DNA of 64,000 nt from assembly GCA_951406725.2 (NCBI GenBank), contig OX597827.1, positions 35,712,001 through 35,776,000 of the forward strand. The letters run 5' to 3'. The notes beneath the pieces are model-generated. The model was given only the letters and a program-made list of their open reading frames with translations, ran no database searches and was not told where the DNA came from. Positions 59,867-64,000 of the stretch are shown piece by piece. Every line of letters starts with the position of its first letter. Position 1 is the first letter of the stretch. A program made the translations under genes and the position numbers. This DNA comes from Octopus vulgaris. Lineage: Eukaryota.

Positions 59867-62676
59867 GAGAAAGCAAAGAAATGTAAATATGAAAGAATAT
59901 CCCCCAGTCCAGGATATTAATATATTCCAGTTTGTCAAAAATGGGAGAAGGATCAGAATAAAATAGATTGCATTAGGTTGTTCCATGATCAAATGAATAA
60001 TACAGTGAAAGTTAATGTCAAATAGCAGTGTCAAATGAGAATGTTCGATGATGATCTATGGCAAGGAATCATAAAAGTTATCGGTTCCAGTTTTGAATAG
60101 AGAATGATTGTGTTGAATAGGAATATTATACTACAGAGTAGAGGGAAAACAGACGGAATATTCAGCTCATAAAATCCTGACTCAATATGATGATCCACAT
60201 GCTTGGCTATTCTAGAAACAGCTGTAAGAGACTATGTATGTTTATATTCTCTATCTAAATTAAATGTCTTTTTCACGTGATGCCAATCGTTTTGCTTTTC
60301 CATTTTTACTTTAATCTATATATACCTGCTCAAAGAGAAACCATTTCTAGCTGCCTCTGATAGGCATCTCAGCATCACACCTTCTGTTGCAGTTCAAACC
60401 GGGGTTTTAGTGATACACCTGAGCACTCATAGTACACACCTGTTACTTGACGTCAGTTGACGAAAACTCATATATTCTGTATCCCGTGCTTTGTTACACA
60501 GAGCACTTATAATAGGTGGTAAACAAGGACAAGCAGTTCCTTGGCATCTCACTCAAGGACATACTCATTCCATCTCGGGAGACCTACCTTTTACTACTGC
60601 TACATAAAACTAACGACTTAATTAGGAGAATGCGATGGCGAGCTTTTTTCTCTGATAATAGATATAAAGATAGCGGAAAAGACAGCCATAACCTAAAATC
60701 CCATTAAAAGCTTCCTCACAACCCACTGCTAAACAGATTCGAATCTGATATTCTAAATTTGATTAATAAAGTCAAATTCTGTTAATTCAAATCTGCCTAC
60801 AAGAATCAACCACCTAAAATTGTACGACGAATCATGGGATCACCCAAAATGCACATCTTTTCAGATAAGACCGGAAATTTATACTCAATTGCTATTGAGG
60901 AATAAAAGAATTTCATACAAAAGGACCCACATAGACCCTAGAAAACTTGCAAAGTCCAGTCTGGATACCAGTGCTATGAATTAGTCCGCAAACTCGAAGT
61001 AGAAGACAGAATGGAGTATATACCCCTAAAAGAACCTCGCTTCAATCACAAGGACCATGAAATGGACTTTAATACCAAACCATCAATAAGCCCTACAAAA
61101 TCTGACCTCTGGCGAATTAGTGAAAATATTGTTAACAAGTTGAGCGTTCACCTACGGTCATGTACAGGTGAGGTAAATTGGTTTCATCTTCTAAAAAAAT
61201 AACAGCAATTCATCCTTCCTCCAATTCAATATTAACAATTATTATGCCTCAATCTCTCTCATCCTTCTTAACAAAGCCCTTACTCTCGCAAGAAAGCTAA
61301 CTTGCCCATCTAGAAATTGATATTATACTAACATCTAGAAAGACTCTCATTACTTTCAATAACAAACTTTGATGTGGGACATTTAATAATAATTTCTTTG
61401 ATTTAACAAAGGGCTCCTCCGACTTAGACCAGGCCCAGGTCACGAAACTCGTTGGACTCGACCTCCTTCATCAACTTCGCATGTACTTTCCAGCTATACA
61501 CAGTGGTCTAATTCGTGATGATGCTCTCCTTATTGCTACAGGTCTCGCTAAACCAGCCCTTGAGAAAACCAGAAAGGCCTTACATAAGTTATTTGCCAAT
61601 TTTAACTTAACTATCGCATTTGAGAATACCAATTTCTTCCATGTTACATTAGATTTTAATTCTTCTTTATATTCCCTGTACTGTAAGCCGAATGAATAAC
61701 TAAAATATATCAATATCCACTCCAATCACCATAGATTTGTTTTTAATAGCGTTATTAAGGGTATTTCTATAAGAATTTCCAATCTGTCCGCAACGGAGGA
61801 AATATTCAATAACCACGCCACTTATTATAATTAAGCGCTTGCTGCAAACGGCTTCACCCCCAAGATAAAACAATTGTATAATACTAGGCTTAAGAGCTAT
61901 GCAGCTCAACTACATCCTAATTCTACGCATCCCAAAACCACGAACACGACATTCCCCACAACAGATAGGATCACTCAACCCATCACCCTGGATCTTAAAA
62001 AACAATATACCCAACTATTTGCCACACACCCCAAAAATACTCATACAACTTGCAATCCTATAGATAGAATTGCATCCCTAATATCATAAAGAAAACTAAA
62101 CTCTGCATCACCACCCCAGATTATCTAATAAAAGCGGGAGACCTTACTTTGATATACCCTGCCTTCTCCTTAAATGTTAAGAGATTACGTGAGCAATTTT
62201 TTACCATTATCAAATCTAATTTTCCACCCCACCATAAGTACCATTCTATCTTTAATCAGTCCACCCTTAAGTTATCTTACTCCTCTGCACCTAACATAAA
62301 ATCCATCATTGTCATACCTAATAACGGCAAGCTTAATAGGCATCGCCAACCAAACACTACTAAGGAGAATAATAAATATAGCAATAATAGCGAACAATAA
62401 TAATGAAACCACTTCTAATCACCTCTGATAGGCAGTCTCAACAGTTGCAGTTCAAACTAGAATTTTAGTGGTAAAACTAACAGAGCACGCATAGTACATA
62501 CCAATTACTTTACACCATAATTGTATTATTTACCTATAACTATTATTTATTTGATCGTGGAGCTACCTAAGGCATACATATTTTATTCTGATCCTTCCCC
62601 CATTTTTGACAACCTGGAATATACTAATATCCTTGACTGGCGACATTCCCTCATTTTTACATCTCTCTGCCTTTTC

Positions 62677-62763
62677 CTTCTCTGATGATGGATACTCAGC
62701 TTATGGAATCCTTATTCAATGGTTATCTACATGCCCGGCTATTCTAGAAACAGCTGTAAGAGA
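62677..62763 (+). ncRNA. Type I hammerhead motif with long stem II
   Basis: ttct-CTGATGA-tggata...tattcta-GAAA-cagctg-TA-agag. Confidence 0.75.
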
Positions 62764-63050
62764 CTATGTATGTTTATATTCTCTATCTAAATTAAATGTC
62801 TTTTTTACATGATGCCAATCGTTCTGCTTTTTCATTTTTACTTTAATCTATATCTACCTGCTCAAAGAGAAACCATTTCTAGCTGCCTCTGATAGGCATC
62901 TCAGCATCACACCTTCAGTTGCAGTTCAAACTGGGGTTTTAGTGATACACCTGAGTACTCATAGTACACACCTGTTACTTGACGTCAGTTGACGAAAACT
63001 TCTTATACATTCTGTCTGTCTGTGTGTGTGTGTGTGTGTGTAATTTTTGC

Positions 63051-63350
63051 GGAGGCGCAATGGCCCAGTGGTTAGGGCAGCGGAATCGCCGTTGTAAGAA
63101 GGCGATTTCGATTCCCAGACCAGGTGTTGTGAGTGTTTATTGAGCGAAAACACCTAAAGCTCCACGAGGTTCCGGCAGGGGGTTGTGGCGATCCCTGCTG
63201 TTCTCTTTCGCCACAACTTTCTCTAACTCTTTCTTCTGTTGGCCTGCTCGCTTAGCCAGCGAAGTGGCATCATCTGAAGGCTAAAACAATGTGAAGCGCA
63301 TTGTGACCAGCGATGTGTAGCAATATCTAATAGCCTGGTCGATCACAATG
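63051..63350 (+). mobile_element. tRNA-derived SINE (same head as 19052-19390, different tail)
   Basis: ggaggcgcaatggcccagtggttag...ttcgattcccagacc...ccacaactt, then an unrelated tail. Confidence 0.85.
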
Positions 63351-64000
63351 ATATAATTTTTGCATTTGATTTGCAAGATTCTTGATGTGAATTCGTGTGT
63401 TGAAACAAATCTAGTGTCTAGTTAAGGTCATTATGCCAATAAAAATTAAAATAAACACACGCACTGGTTCCATACCATATCACTATTTTAACAACTAACT
63501 ATTCAATTGATTGTTTTATTTATTAATTGTACAATCAATTCGGGGTTATTTTCTGTTAGAGTCCTTTCATAGCTATTCGTGATCTCTTCAATGACAAGCA
63601 CTCATTGTAAAAGGTTTGCTTTGAGTCATTCTGAGAACCAGTCTTATGTGTATATACGGATGTGTTTGTATGTAGATGTGTGAGTGTTTATTTATGTGCG
63701 TACGTTGTGGTATGCGTGTGTATGGGTGTGGTGTAGCCGGTTGTTTTTTTAATAGATAAGCATCTGTATGTATATTTGCAATGTGTGCATTCTTGTGTGC
63801 GTGTGTCTTTCCGTGTATGTGCGTATGTGTACGCGCATGTGCAATCATGTGCGTGTGCTTGTGCAAGTCTGTGCGTGCGATCATGTGTGTGTGTGTGTGC
63901 GATCATGTGTGTGTGTGTGTGTGCACGTGGATGTGTATGTGTGGTTGTATGTTCATTTATGTGTGTTTTTGTGTGTACATACGTATGCATGGATGTGTAC

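Larger units (their letters stand above)
59710..63005 (+). mobile_element. Decayed Penelope-like element (Nematis-like) with direct pLTRs (60183-60470 and ~62715-63000) and an upstream inverted pLTR copy; endonuclease missing
   Basis: SLKDILIP...LIRRMRWRAFF, SDKTGNLY, GLIRDDALL, STLKLSYSSAPNIKSII; repeats read directly. Confidence 0.85.

Noticed and set aside
63051-63125. tRNA gene (also 19315-19390, 20175-20235 and 55821-55890)
   Set aside because: A and B boxes are present but continue into SINE bodies; no convincing cloverleaf.

Overview
AT-rich, microsatellite-dense animal genomic DNA. The SINE, LINE and Penelope content is most consistent with an octopus or other cephalopod (inference). 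One host gene is visible: three + strand coding exons (36713-36905, 53998-54141, 57333-58505) of an SLC16/monocarboxylate-transporter-like MFS protein; its last exon was not found. Most of the rest is transposon-derived: a young full-length Ty3/Gypsy element (575-bp LTRs), a near-intact Penelope-like element (PLE) plus PLE relics, a full-length R4/Dong LINE in a (TAA)n tract, CR1, RTE and L1/Tx1 relics, nested mariners, Helitron pieces, foldback MITEs with internal TTAGGG-like repeats, and many tRNA-derived SINEs. The most unusual signals are four: (1) at least seven type I hammerhead ribozyme motifs, including a 304-bp tandem retrozyme-like unit in an intron of the host gene; (2) ORF1(gag)-only L1/Tx1-like elements that form head-to-tail arrays; (3) repeated insertion of such elements at one 15-bp site directly upstream of a hammerhead-bearing repeat; (4) inverted SINE dimers and a SINE-unique-SINE composite bounded by single target-site duplications. 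Coordinates were read by eye, and boundaries of decayed repeats are approximate.
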